From an uncultured Gammaproteobacteria bacterium (GTDB lineage Bacteria; Patescibacteriota; Patescibacteriia; Veblenbacterales; UBA10138): 64,000 bases of DNA. The DNA lies in assembly GCA_964453605.1 (NCBI GenBank), contig CAYVOI010000001.1, positions 484,095 through 548,094 of the forward strand, read 5' to 3'. The notes beneath the pieces are model-generated. The model saw nothing but the letters and a program-made list of their open reading frames with translations. It did not search any database and had not been told where the DNA came from. Position numbers and translations under genes: made by a program. This document shows, piece after piece, positions 1 through 8,718 of the stretch; positions within the stretch are counted from its first letter, which is position 1; the number at the start of each line of letters is the position of its first letter.

Positions 1-372
1 TACCGCCCTTGTGATGTAGTTCGCCTTGATATACTGGTGGCGGACGAGCCGGTGGAAGCGCTGGCCAGCATTGTTTACCACGACGAAGCCTACCGCCGCG
101 GCCGGGCGCTCGTGGCAAAGCTTAAAGACATTCTCCCGCGGCAAATGTTCGAGGTAAAAATTCAGGCAGCACTGGGAGGCAAGATAGTGGCAGCCGAACG
201 GCTACCGGCTATGCGTAAGGACGTGCTGAAGCGCGCTTCGTCCGGCGGGGACGTAACCCGCAAGCGCAAGCTCCTGGAGAAACAGAAAGCCGGTAAGAAA
301 CGCATGCAGCTCGAGGGTAGGGTGGCTATTCCCCCCGAAGCTTACCTCAAGCTTGTCAGCCGGCAGGAGTAG
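1..372 (+). CDS. lepA: Elongation factor 4 (LepA), C-terminal part; gene begins upstream of the window
   Basis: Frame open from base 1 ([22 protein letters not shown]); LepA_C motifs [40 protein letters not shown]. Confidence 0.95.
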   Translation, partial: YRPCDVVRLDILVADEPVEALASIVYHDEAYRRGRALVAKLKDILPRQMFEVKIQAALGGKIVAAERLPAMRKDVLKRASSGGDVTRKRKLLEKQKAGKKRMQLEGRVAIPPEAYLKLVSRQE

Positions 373-382
373 TGCCGTAGCT

Positions 383-481
383 CTAGTAGAAGGCTGGGCC
401 CACCAGCAGCAGCACCATGGTAACAGCGACAATGATGGTGAGCACCAACCAGACCTTGTGTTGCCAAGAACGTTTCGACAT
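383..481 (-). CDS. Putative 32-aa single-TM small protein (MSKRSWQHKVWLVLTIIVAVTMVLLLVGPAFY)
   Basis: ATG..TAG ORF read manually; basic N-terminus plus hydrophobic helix; fills the gap between lepA and the ftsB-like gene. Confidence 0.55.
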   Translation of the reverse strand: MSKRSWQHKVWLVLTIIVAVTMVLLLVGPAFY

Positions 482-531
482 ACAATACTACTAGTGTACT
501 GCTTTAGCTATCGTTTTCAAGCATACTCGCT

Positions 532-915
532 ATGCCTAGCTCAGGAAAATTTTGGGAGCTTATAACTTCACGCCTGTTTTTGGTAGTCGCCGGGTTGGCA
601 CTCATAGGTATTGGCATTGGGGTAACCAAGAGCGTACTGCGGCGGCTGGAGGTTGAACATGAGATTTCGGCACTCAGGGGGGACATCCAGACGCTCGAGA
701 GTAAGAACGCAGAGCTGGGGCGGCTCATTAACTATTTCCAAACCCCCGAGTTTAAAGAGCGTTCCGACCGCTTAGAGCGGGGCTTACAAAAACCCGGCGA
801 GCAGGTGGTGGTGATACCGGGTTTGGGGCAGGGAGCAGGGGCGGCGGCACCGGAAGCTCAAGGCCAAAATGTGCCTAACTGGCGCAGGTGGGTGAGCTAC
901 TTTTTTGCCCAATAG
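532..915 (+). CDS. Septum formation initiator, FtsB/DivIC family
   Basis: N-terminal TM, coiled coil, then ERSDRLERGLQKPGEQVVVI resembling the DivIC motif. Confidence 0.75.
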   Translation: MPSSGKFWELITSRLFLVVAGLALIGIGIGVTKSVLRRLEVEHEISALRGDIQTLESKNAELGRLINYFQTPEFKERSDRLERGLQKPGEQVVVIPGLGQGAGAAAPEAQGQNVPNWRRWVSYFFAQ

Positions 916-991
916 CTAACACAACTACAGCCTTGCCCTAGCCTAGGCGGTGGGTAGTTACTAATAAACTGGAGCCGAAGGTGGGGATCGA

Positions 992-1212
992 ACCCCGCAG
1001 TATGTGCTTCGCGCAACTACGGAGCAGGCCCACGACCGGAGTTTGCCCCGCACCTTATGGAGCCGGTGGTCGGGATTGAACCGACGACCTGCGCGTTACG
1101 AATGCGCTGCTCTACCAACTGAGCTACACCGGCATCGTAAGGTGCGGGGCGAGCGAATGCGTTGCTCCCTGCCCCGTATGTGAACGAGTCTAAGCAAGTT
1201 CTACTGCGGGGT
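992..1212. repeat. Three nested inverted repeats around tRNA-Thr
   Basis: accccgcagta 992-1002 / tactgcggggt 1202-1212; tacggagcagg 1018-1028 / cctgccccgta 1168-1178 (1 mismatch); gccccgcacctta 1045-1057 / taaggtgcggggc 1138-1150. Confidence 0.85.
1058..1133 (-). tRNA. tRNA-Thr(CGT)
   Basis: GCCGGTGTAGCTCAGTTGGTAGAGCAGCGCATT-CGT-AACGCGCAGGTCGTCGGTTCAATCCCGACCACCGGCTCCA; full cloverleaf with CCA. Confidence 0.95.
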
Positions 1213-1233
1213 ACCAACTGGGCTACCTGCATA

Positions 1234-1307
1234 TGGAGCGGGATACCGGAATCGAACCGGCGCCCTTAGCTTGGGAAGCTAATGTACTGCCACTATACTA
1301 ATCCCGC
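1234..1307 (-). tRNA. tRNA-Gly(CCC)
   Basis: GCGGGATTAGTATAGTGGCAGTACATTAGCTT-CCC-AAGCTAAGGGCGCCGGTTCGATTCCGGTATCCCGCTCCA. Confidence 0.95.
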
Positions 1308-1342
1308 CTATCCTAAGCAAATGAGCGTTGCTTGCATATTTA

Positions 1343-1380
1343 CCCCGTACGAGTCCAGAACAATGGGACTTCGTGCGGGG
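1343..1380. repeat. GC-rich hairpin of the CCCCG...CGGGG palindrome type
   Basis: ccccgtacgagtcc-agaacaatg-ggacttcgtgcgggg; ends like those of the repeats around tRNA-Thr. Confidence 0.6.
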
Positions 1381-1496
1381 CTACCATTGTACTACTCTCG
1401 CCTGCCGCTACAGTAGAAGTAGTATAGCCGTGCGCCACGCTACAATCAAGCTTGCCGGGCAGAGCGGGGGTAAAGTATGGTATACTACCTTGTGCT

Positions 1497-2183
1497 ATGC
1501 CGTTAATACAGTTCCGTAATATATCGAAGTTTTACGCTGGTGGGATTGTGGCACTGAAAGACATCAACCTGGCTATTGATGAAGGCGAGTTCGTTTCTAT
1601 TGTAGGCCAGAGCGGTACCGGTAAGACGACGTTGGTTAAACTACTCATAGCAGAGGAGCCGGTTTCGGAGGGACGTATTGTGGTTGGTGGCTGGGACATA
1701 AGCCACATTCGCCGGCGCGAGGTACCTTTGCTCCGCAAGCAAATTGGTGTGGTCTTTCAGGACTTCAAGCTGCTACCTCGGAAAACCGTAGGGGAGAACA
1801 TCAGCTTTGCCCTAGAGGTTTCAGAGGTCGAGCCTAAGCGCATAAGCTCCATTGTGCCGCAGCTCTTGAAGATTGTGGGGCTGGAGGCTAAGGCCGACCG
1901 GTTCCCGCGGGAGCTCTCCGGCGGCGAGCAGCAACGGGTAGTTATAGCGCGCGCCCTGGCGCACCGGCCGAAGATACTCGTGGCTGACGAGCCCACCGGG
2001 AACCTAGACTCCATCAACGCCCATGAGATTGTGGACCTCCTCAAGCAAATTAATGGTTTTGGCACCACGGTTATGCTGGTAACCCACAACCGTGAAATTG
2101 TGAACGACCTCAAACGTCGTGTGATTGTGCTTGATAAGGGCCGCGTGGTGTCTGACCAGCCGCGGGGTCGCTACCTGCTCTAG
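1497..2183 (+). CDS. ftsE: Cell division ATP-binding protein FtsE
   Basis: Walker A GQSGTGKTT, IGVVFQDFKLL, LSGGEQQRV, ADEPTGNLD; directly upstream of ftsX. Confidence 0.92.
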   Translation: MPLIQFRNISKFYAGGIVALKDINLAIDEGEFVSIVGQSGTGKTTLVKLLIAEEPVSEGRIVVGGWDISHIRRREVPLLRKQIGVVFQDFKLLPRKTVGENISFALEVSEVEPKRISSIVPQLLKIVGLEAKADRFPRELSGGEQQRVVIARALAHRPKILVADEPTGNLDSINAHEIVDLLKQINGFGTTVMLVTHNREIVNDLKRRVIVLDKGRVVSDQPRGRYLL

Positions 2184-2186
2184 CCT

Positions 2187-3101
2187 ATGCTGTCTACGCT
2201 CATCCGCGTTTCCACGTTTGCCTTTCAGAACTTCTGGCGTAACATTTGGTTGTCGGTGGTTACGGTTACCATTGTAACCGTGAGCTTATTTTCGGTGTCG
2301 CTCCTCGGGGTGCTGACCTACCTCTCCAACACCGCCCTCACCAACCTGGAACAGAAGATAGATATCGCGGTCTACCTCAAGCCCGAGGTTAAGGACGACC
2401 AGGTGGTAGCGCTCAAGGGGAAAATCGAAAAGCTCGACGGCGTTCTCAGTTTAGAGGTGGTTACCCCAGCACAGGCGCTGGAGCGGTTTAAGGCTAAACA
2501 CCAGGACGACCCCTTGATTGCCGAGTCTATTTTGGAGCTGGGGAGCAATCCCTTGGGAACTACTTTTATCATCAAGGCTACCTCAGAGGCCGGCTACAGC
2601 AGCATTCTCAGGCAGTTACAGAGCAAAGACTTCACCCCCTACATCCAAGAAGCCAGGTTCGACGACTACCAGCGCGTCATTGACAGCATAACGGCGCTGA
2701 CTGCCAAGGTGAAGCACCTAGGCTTTGCTATTAGCTTACTCTTTTTGCTCGTGACGCTGCTGGTGGTGTTTAACACCATTCGCATTAACATTTACACTCA
2801 CCGCGAGGAAATAGGCATCATGCGGCTGGTGGGAGCCACCAGCTGGTTCATCCGCGGGCCGTTCTGGGCCGAGAGCGTGCTCTACGCGCTGGTGGCTACC
2901 TTAGTGACGGCCGTGCTCTTTTTCCCACTGCTTCAGCTCAGTGAGCCGTACGTTAACGCCTTCTTCAGTGGGTTTAATTTAGATTTAGTAGGCTACTTTA
3001 CCGCTAACTCGGTACTCTTCTTTGGTGCGCAGTTTTTGGGGGTGGCCTTGCTCAACATACTAGCCTCAACCGTAGCCATGCGGCGGTACTTAAAAGTGTA
3101 G
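2187..3101 (+). CDS. ftsX: Cell division permease FtsX
   Basis: N-terminal TM, extracellular domain, NTIRINI..REEIGIMRLVGAT.WFIRGPF motif. Confidence 0.92.
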   Translation: MLSTLIRVSTFAFQNFWRNIWLSVVTVTIVTVSLFSVSLLGVLTYLSNTALTNLEQKIDIAVYLKPEVKDDQVVALKGKIEKLDGVLSLEVVTPAQALERFKAKHQDDPLIAESILELGSNPLGTTFIIKATSEAGYSSILRQLQSKDFTPYIQEARFDDYQRVIDSITALTAKVKHLGFAISLLFLLVTLLVVFNTIRINIYTHREEIGIMRLVGATSWFIRGPFWAESVLYALVATLVTAVLFFPLLQLSEPYVNAFFSGFNLDLVGYFTANSVLFFGAQFLGVALLNILASTVAMRRYLKV

Positions 3102-3103
3102 GT

Positions 3104-3337
3104 ATGGAGAACGAATCAAGCTTTTCACCACGATCCGATAATTTACTTAAATCACTCGGCTTTGATTACTAGGGCTTGAGTGATGATGAGCGCCTGATGC
3201 AGTTATACCTCAAGGAAGAATATGCAAAACGTAACTTGTCTATGTTGGACGAAATAAAAAAGTGGCGCGAACAAAACCCCAAAGCCAGTTATGGTGAGGC
3301 GATACGTGTGTTGTATGAACAGCTAGAGAAGGATTGA
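3104..3337 (+). pseudogene. Small hypothetical ORF with in-frame TAG at 3170-3172
   Basis: MENESSFSPRSDNLLKSLGFDY*GLSDDERLMQLYLKEEY...EKD*; same frame continues to TGA 3335-3337 and fills the intergenic gap. Confidence 0.45.
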
Positions 3338-3347
3338 ACGACTATAT

Positions 3348-3701
3348 ATGGATTTCCTACATAAAAAGTGCGTGCCGTGCGAGGGTGGGGTAGACCCGCT
3401 GGCTCGCGCTAAGGCCGAGGAGTACCTGGTGGTAGTGCCCGAGTGGCGCTTAAGTGCCGACGCTAAACACATTTCCCGTGAGTTGAAGTTCAAAGACTTT
3501 GTAAGTGCGGTGGCATTCATCAACGAGCTGGCTAAGCTGGCGGAGTCCGAAGGGCACCACCCTGACATTCACCTTACGGGTTGGAACAACGTGCGCGTGG
3601 AGTTGTGGACGCACGCTATTGGTGGGCTTTCCGAGAACGACTTTATAGTGGCTGCTAAGGCGAACCAAATTCTGTCGGCCCAGCCTGAGCTGCTCACTTG
3701 A
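3348..3701 (+). CDS. Pterin-4-alpha-carbinolamine dehydratase family
   Basis: CVPCEGG N-terminus, AESEGHHPDI, WTHAIGGLSENDFIVAAK. Confidence 0.9.
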   Translation: MDFLHKKCVPCEGGVDPLARAKAEEYLVVVPEWRLSADAKHISRELKFKDFVSAVAFINELAKLAESEGHHPDIHLTGWNNVRVELWTHAIGGLSENDFIVAAKANQILSAQPELLT

Positions 3702-3739
3702 CCTGAGGGCACCTGCACGCTATCATCCCACGCCAGCAG

Positions 3740-3884
3740 TGGGGGATCGTCTTATGGCCCCAGCACCAAGCCCCGGCTCTGGTGCTGGGTAATATAGTAC
3801 AGGGGCTGGTGCCTGTCCCGCATAGAGCTGGGGGGTCGTCTAACGGTAGTCGCCTCATCGGCGACCCGCCGGTAAGGCGGGGAC
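3740..3884 (+). repeat. Two partial copies of the tRNA-Gln 5' end, each followed by palindromes
   Basis: tgggggatcgtcttatgg 3740-3757 then hairpin cccagcacca..tggtgctggg 3759-3789; tggggggtcgtctaacggtag 3829-3849 then gtcgcc/ggcgac and cccgcc/ggcggg hairpins, then gac 3882-3884. Confidence 0.8.
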
Positions 3885-3894
3885 ATTCAACAAT

Positions 3895-4158
3895 ATGTTT
3901 TACACTTACGTGATTGAGAGCACAAGGAATAAACGCAGGTATGTTGGCACAACCGAAGATTTACGGCAGCGTCTAGCTGAGCATAATAGTGGATTGGGTG
4001 GAAAATATACTAGAGATAATAGACCATTTCGTTTGATATACTATGAAGCCTATACTTCTAAGAAAGATGCTGCTACCGCTGAAAAATTTTACAAGACGGG
4101 TTACGGCAGGGAAGTCTTAAAGGGGAAACTGACTAATTACCTGGAACACAGTGAGTAA
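3895..4158 (+). CDS. Stand-alone GIY-YIG nuclease family protein
   Basis: FYTYVIES..RRYVGTTEDLRQRLAEHNSG..KYT..RPFRLIYYEAY..A..AEKFYKTG.GRE. Confidence 0.9.
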   Translation: MFYTYVIESTRNKRRYVGTTEDLRQRLAEHNSGLGGKYTRDNRPFRLIYYEAYTSKKDAATAEKFYKTGYGREVLKGKLTNYLEHSE

Positions 4159-4172
4159 CTTGCGCCCACGGC

Positions 4173-4243
4173 TGGGGGATCGTCTAATGGTAGGACTCAG
4201 GCCTTTGGAGCCTGCTATGATGGTTCGAATCCATCTCCCCCAG
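4173..4243 (+). tRNA. tRNA-Gln(TTG)
   Basis: TGGGGGATCGTCTAATGGTAGGACTCAGGCCT-TTG-GAGCCTGCTATGATGGTTCGAATCCATCTCCCCCAG; CCA not encoded. Confidence 0.93.
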
Positions 4244-4362
4244 CCTTGTGCGGAGAGCCGTGACGGGTATAAAGCTAATTGACCCACACGGCTATAAAAC
4301 GTATTTTGATTGGGGCAAGACGGGTGATAGAATAATGAGCAGAGCACTAGAACTTAAGGCTA

Positions 4363-5013
4363 ATGTTTGAAGTATTAAAAACAGTCTATTTTGTACGGCA
4401 CGGGCAGAGCGTGGACAACACCGCTCCCGTGTATCAATCATACGAGTCGCCCCTGTCTGAGCTGGGGCGCAAACAAGCCGCCTACATTGCTGAGCGCGTG
4501 GCTAAGCTGTCGTTTGACAGCCTCATTTCAAGCCCTATGCAGCGGGCAAAAGAGACTGCTGAGACTATCGCTAAAGTTACCAGCCGGGTACCGGAGTATT
4601 CAGAGTTCTTGGTAGAGCGGATAAAGCCTTCGTACCTGTACGGTAGGCCCCTCAGCGACGAGGTGGCACGGGGACTTTGGAAAGAGTGGAACCAAACTCT
4701 TTACACCCCGGGCAAACGAGTTGGAGACGGGGAAAACTACGACGACATACTAGCCAGAGCAAACCAAGCTCTTCAGTTTTTACAGGCTCGGCCGGAAAGG
4801 TCACTAGTTGTGGTGACTCATGGGTTCTTTCTGCGAACAATAGTAGCGCAGGTATTATTAGGGGATCTTCTGTCAGGAGAAGTATTTAAGCGGTTTCAAA
4901 GCTCGGCGCCTATTGAAAACACAGGCTTGACCGTGCTACGGTACCAAATTGGTGGTGAAGGACTAGCGCGCTGGTACCTGTGGGTTTATAATGACCATGC
5001 TCACCTTGGTTAA
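4363..5013 (+). CDS. Histidine phosphatase (phosphoglycerate mutase-like) family
   Basis: RHGQS motif, SSPMQRAKETA, VVTHG, NDHAHL. Confidence 0.9.
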   Translation: MFEVLKTVYFVRHGQSVDNTAPVYQSYESPLSELGRKQAAYIAERVAKLSFDSLISSPMQRAKETAETIAKVTSRVPEYSEFLVERIKPSYLYGRPLSDEVARGLWKEWNQTLYTPGKRVGDGENYDDILARANQALQFLQARPERSLVVVTHGFFLRTIVAQVLLGDLLSGEVFKRFQSSAPIENTGLTVLRYQIGGEGLARWYLWVYNDHAHLG

Positions 5014-5040
5014 TCAAACCTTACCCTTAACACTTATAGT

Positions 5041-5331
5041 ATGATAATCGTTCACGACATCTTTGTGTGTAAGCCAGGCAATGCTTCCAAACTCGCTAAG
5101 CTGTTTAAAGAGGCAATGGCCAGCGAGAAGAACGTCAGCGTGATGACCGACGTTACAGGCCAATACAACCGTGTGGTTATGGCCAGCTGGTTTAATACCC
5201 TAGAGGAGTGGAACAAGATGATGGAGAGCTACATGAACCCGAGCGCGGAGATGAAAGCTTCCATGGAGAAAATGAAAGGTTACACCGACATGTACCTCAC
5301 GGGGAGTAGGGAAATCTACCGAACCTGGTAG
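5041..5331 (+). CDS. Hypothetical protein, NIPSNAP-like dimeric alpha/beta barrel
   Basis: 96 aa; FVCKPGNA..TDVTGQYNRVVM pattern. Confidence 0.55.
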   Translation: MIIVHDIFVCKPGNASKLAKLFKEAMASEKNVSVMTDVTGQYNRVVMASWFNTLEEWNKMMESYMNPSAEMKASMEKMKGYTDMYLTGSREIYRTW

Positions 5332-5347
5332 TTCGCCTGCCTTTCAC

Positions 5348-5384
5348 AGCCCTAGTCAATACATTGACTAGGGCTTGTTTTTTT
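5348..5384 (+). terminator. Intrinsic terminator
   Basis: agccctagtcaat-ac-attgactagggct followed by a T tract. Confidence 0.75.
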
Positions 5385-5401
5385 AGTACTCTGGACGTAC
5401 T

Positions 5402-6409
5402 ATGTTCGTCAAAAAAATCGGTATAGACCTAGGGACCACCTACTCGCTCGTGCACGTGCCGGGGCGGGGGATTGTGATTAATGAGCCGTCGGTGGTGGCG
5501 GTCGCGAGCGGCGACCGGAGTGTGCTGGCAGTAGGGGAGGAGGCTAAAGAAATGTTAGGGAGGACCCCTGACACCATTGTGGCCCTACGGCCCCTGAAAG
5601 ACGGTGTGATTGCTGACTACCGTACTACCGAGGCCATGCTTAGGTACTTTATAAATAAAGCACTTGGCGGCATTCGTTTTTTTAAGCCCGAGGTTATGAT
5701 AGCCGTGCCCGCTGGCATTACCTCCACCGAGCGCCGGGCAGTTATCGATGCCACCATCGCGGCTGGCGCCAAAGCTGCTTACATTATTAAAGAGCCTATT
5801 GCAGCGGCTATTGGGGCCAACATCCCCATTGGTTCAGCCTCAGGCCACATGATTGTAGACATGGGCGGTGGCACCAGTGAAGTCGCGGTTATTAGCTTAG
5901 GGGGCATTGTGGCCAACACGTCCGTTAGAATCGGTGGCAATAAGCTCGACGCTGCCATTATGGACTTCATCCGCAAAAAGTACGGCCTGGCCATTGGGGA
6001 GCAAACCGCGGAGGAGGTCAAAAAGTCTATTGGCTCGGCTATGTACATGGAAGACAAGCTCGCCATGGACGTTAGGGGCCGTGATATGGTCTCGGGTTTG
6101 CCGCGCACCGTAACCGTGACCTCTGATGATATAACCGAGGCTATTCAGAACGAACTGGAGGGGATAATCCATGCGGTCAAGAGTGTTTTGCAGGTTACTC
6201 CACCCGAGCTGTCGGCTGATGTTATAGACAAGGGTATGGTTCTGTCCGGTGGTACGTCGCTGCTGCGGAACATTGACAAGCTCTTTGCCCAGGCCACGGG
6301 CGTGAGTGCCTACCTGGCAGACGACGCTATGCTCTGTGTGGCCAGGGGCACCGGCATCGCCCTGGACAACCTCGAGTCCTACAAGCGGAGTATTTTGTCG
6401 GCGCGGTAG
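5402..6409 (+). CDS. mreB: Rod shape-determining actin homolog (stand-alone MreB/Mbl paralog)
   Basis: IGIDLGT, EPSVVA, PLKDGVIADY, DMGGGTSEVAVISLGG, TPPELSAD. Confidence 0.9.
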   Translation: MFVKKIGIDLGTTYSLVHVPGRGIVINEPSVVAVASGDRSVLAVGEEAKEMLGRTPDTIVALRPLKDGVIADYRTTEAMLRYFINKALGGIRFFKPEVMIAVPAGITSTERRAVIDATIAAGAKAAYIIKEPIAAAIGANIPIGSASGHMIVDMGGGTSEVAVISLGGIVANTSVRIGGNKLDAAIMDFIRKKYGLAIGEQTAEEVKKSIGSAMYMEDKLAMDVRGRDMVSGLPRTVTVTSDDITEAIQNELEGIIHAVKSVLQVTPPELSADVIDKGMVLSGGTSLLRNIDKLFAQATGVSAYLADDAMLCVARGTGIALDNLESYKRSILSAR

Positions 6410-6412
6410 CCT

Positions 6413-7717
6413 ATGGCAGCAGGTGGTGAGGCGGTGGCACTGGCGTTCTGGGGTTCACTCGTGGTGTGGGGGCTGTGGGCCTACACCCGGCGCGCCTGGG
6501 CTGTTTTTCTGCTCCTGGCGTTACTCCCTACCTACCTGTGGCGGGGCGAGGTGTTCGGCATTCCGACAACCTGGTTTGAGCTGGCGCTCTACCTGGCGGC
6601 GGCCTCATACCTACTACACGGTGATGTCGAGCGCTACGCACTAGGCCGCGTACCTTTTCGAGCTCTGGTAGGCCCCCTGCTGTGGCTGGGGGCGGCGACT
6701 TTAGCTTTGCTGGTGGCCCCCGACACCCGCCTGGCCTTAGGTGTGTTTAAGGGCTGGGTAGTTGACCCATTGCTTTTTTGCTACCTGCTCTGGTTGGCCT
6801 ACCAGCGCATAGCTGAACCAACCCGTTACCTACGCTTGGTAGTTGGCTTTCTGTTCATGGGGGCTACTGCCACGAGCGCTTCTGCGCTGGTGGCAGGCTT
6901 TATGAGCGGTTTAAGTCGTTTTGGTGCTTGGTACGACTCACCAAATGTGTTGGCCATGTACCTAGTTCCTAGTGTAGCGGCTGCTGGGCTCTGGCTTTAT
7001 CCCCAAGCTAGAGGGGCTACGCTAACGACGTACCAGCTGTACCTGTGGTGTGCTGGTGTGCTCATAGTGCTGGCAGGTGTGGTAGCTACAGGCTCCTATG
7101 GCGCGTGGCTGGCGGTGGTGGCAGCGGTAGGAGTGGGCTGGTTGTATACTAAACCAAAATGGCAGGCGGTAGCTCGCTCGGCTGCTGCGCTCGCAGTACT
7201 GGTCGGGCTGCTGCTACCGTGGGTTATGACAGCCTATGGCCGCTGGGTGTTCCCTGGCCACCGTAACCAAACGTATAGTCTAACTTCAGGCCAAGTTCGG
7301 CTGGTACTCTGGCGCGAAGCTACGCGGCTCGTGACCCAGCACCCGGTCCTAGGTATTGGCTTAGGCCAGTGGCAACCGGTGTTTACCTCCCACATTCAGC
7401 CCTACCTGCCGGAAGCCCGCCAGCCTGGCTACTCGATTGAGCTCTACTACGCGAGCCTCTTTCCGCATAACCTGTGGCTCACCACGTGGTTAAGCCTTGG
7501 TCTCCTGGGGCTTGCGGGGTTACTCTGTACTGCCTGGTACGTTTACCGAGCCCCCCCGCCAACCTTACCGACGGTAGTAGCTGTAGCGCTATTTACTGCT
7601 ATACTAGTACAGGGTTGGTTTGATACGCCAGTGTTTAAGAACGATCTCGCCGTGCTCTTCTGGCTGCCGCCACTCCTCGTAGCTTGCCAGAGCATTACAT
7701 CTTATGCTGAACTATGA
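6413..7717 (+). CDS. O-antigen ligase (Wzy_C)-like membrane protein
   Basis: Multi-TM; R..LWREA..HPVLGIGLGQW and PHNLWL motifs. Confidence 0.75.
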   Translation: MAAGGEAVALAFWGSLVVWGLWAYTRRAWAVFLLLALLPTYLWRGEVFGIPTTWFELALYLAAASYLLHGDVERYALGRVPFRALVGPLLWLGAATLALLVAPDTRLALGVFKGWVVDPLLFCYLLWLAYQRIAEPTRYLRLVVGFLFMGATATSASALVAGFMSGLSRFGAWYDSPNVLAMYLVPSVAAAGLWLYPQARGATLTTYQLYLWCAGVLIVLAGVVATGSYGAWLAVVAAVGVGWLYTKPKWQAVARSAAALAVLVGLLLPWVMTAYGRWVFPGHRNQTYSLTSGQVRLVLWREATRLVTQHPVLGIGLGQWQPVFTSHIQPYLPEARQPGYSIELYYASLFPHNLWLTTWLSLGLLGLAGLLCTAWYVYRAPPPTLPTVVAVALFTAILVQGWFDTPVFKNDLAVLFWLPPLLVACQSITSYAEL

Positions 7718-8718
7718 CGCCCAACACGTTGATAGGGCATGCCCAGGTTGTTAGGTACCTCGACGGTGCTCGGCAGCGTAATGAGCTAGCACACGCCTAC
7801 CTGCTCCAGGGTCCGGAGCACGTGGGTAAGGCTACCCTCGTGCGTGAGTTTTTGCAGGGGCTCTTCTGTGAGGCCCCGCCAGTCCCGTGCGGTAGGTGTG
7901 CTGGCTGCTGCCACGTAGCAGCTGCTACGCACCCGGACGTGTGGTGGGTTCAAGTAACGGCTGGTAAAACGCAGGTAGGTATTGAGGACGTTCGTGAGCT
8001 CATTCGTTTTACCCAGCTGACCTCACTCACGGGGCCCTGGCGTGTGGTGGTGCTGCCGGACGTGGCCGCACTTACACCGGAAGCTGCTAACGCACTGCTC
8101 AAGGTGCTGGAGGAGCCTGGCCCGGGCGTACTCTTTTTTCTGCTTGACCACCACCACACGTCGGCACTTGCTACCCTCCGCTCTCGCTGTGTGCTCCTCG
8201 AGCTGGGCCCGGTGCCGGCGCGTGAGCTCGTGGCGGGTTTGCTGGCGCACGGCGTACCAGGAGCAGAGGCTGAGGAGCTTAGCCGCCTGGCCGCAGGACT
8301 CCCGGGGTTAGCCCTGAGCTTGTGGGCTGACCCGACCGTGCTGGAGCGCGCGTACGGTCTGGCTCAGGTATGTGTCAGTCTCTTTACCCCTGGTACATGG
8401 CCTACCTTCCAGCGCTTTATTGAAACTACCCACGGCCAGGCGGCCCGAGAAGGGGACAACCAGCCAGTCGAGGCCATGGCTACCGTGTCGGTATGGCTCG
8501 AGGTGGCGCGTGACGTGCTCCTGGTGCGCTTAGGCCTGCCGAGCGCCGTCCGTTACCAAAAGCTTGACCGCGAGCTACATGTAGTAGCAGAGCGCTACAG
8601 CGTGCTGAGCTTACTCAAGCTCTGTGGGCTCATGAGGCGGGCGTTGCAGAAGCTTCAGGCCAACGCTAACCCGCGCTTAACGCTGGAGTGGCTCGGGCTA
8701 AGCATTTCACACCTATGA
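7714..8718 (+). CDS. holB: DNA polymerase III subunit delta'
   Basis: HAYLLQGPEHVGK, Zn motif PCGRCAGC, HPDV, AANALLKVLEEP, TLRSRC. Confidence 0.88.
   Translation: MTPNTLIGHAQVVRYLDGARQRNELAHAYLLQGPEHVGKATLVREFLQGLFCEAPPVPCGRCAGCCHVAAATHPDVWWVQVTAGKTQVGIEDVRELIRFTQLTSLTGPWRVVVLPDVAALTPEAANALLKVLEEPGPGVLFFLLDHHHTSALATLRSRCVLLELGPVPARELVAGLLAHGVPGAEAEELSRLAAGLPGLALSLWADPTVLERAYGLAQVCVSLFTPGTWPTFQRFIETTHGQAAREGDNQPVEAMATVSVWLEVARDVLLVRLGLPSAVRYQKLDRELHVVAERYSVLSLLKLCGLMRRALQKLQANANPRLTLEWLGLSISHL

Larger units (their letters stand above)
970..1230 (-). pseudogene. Split/degenerate tRNA remnant enclosing nested palindromes and an intact tRNA-Thr
   Basis: Minus strand: GCAGGTAGCCCAGTTGGTA (1230-1212, D-arm-like) and GGGGTTCGATCCCCACCTTCGGCTCCA (996-970, T-arm, acceptor strand, CCA). 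Confidence 0.6.

Noticed and set aside
970-1230. Group I or archaeal-type tRNA intron
   Set aside because: The outer tRNA lacks its anticodon arm and a pairable 5' acceptor strand, so splicing would not restore a tRNA; no group I core is visible.
1017-1232. 71-aa minus-strand ORF
   Set aside because: It is a translation of tRNA-Thr and its flanking palindromes.
4117-4347. Minus-strand ORFs over the tRNA-Gln genes (also 19279-19491)
   Set aside because: Antisense to tRNA genes; no protein-like features.
5402-6409. Second mreB as a novelty
   Set aside because: Multiple MreB paralogs are common; both copies look intact and ordinary.
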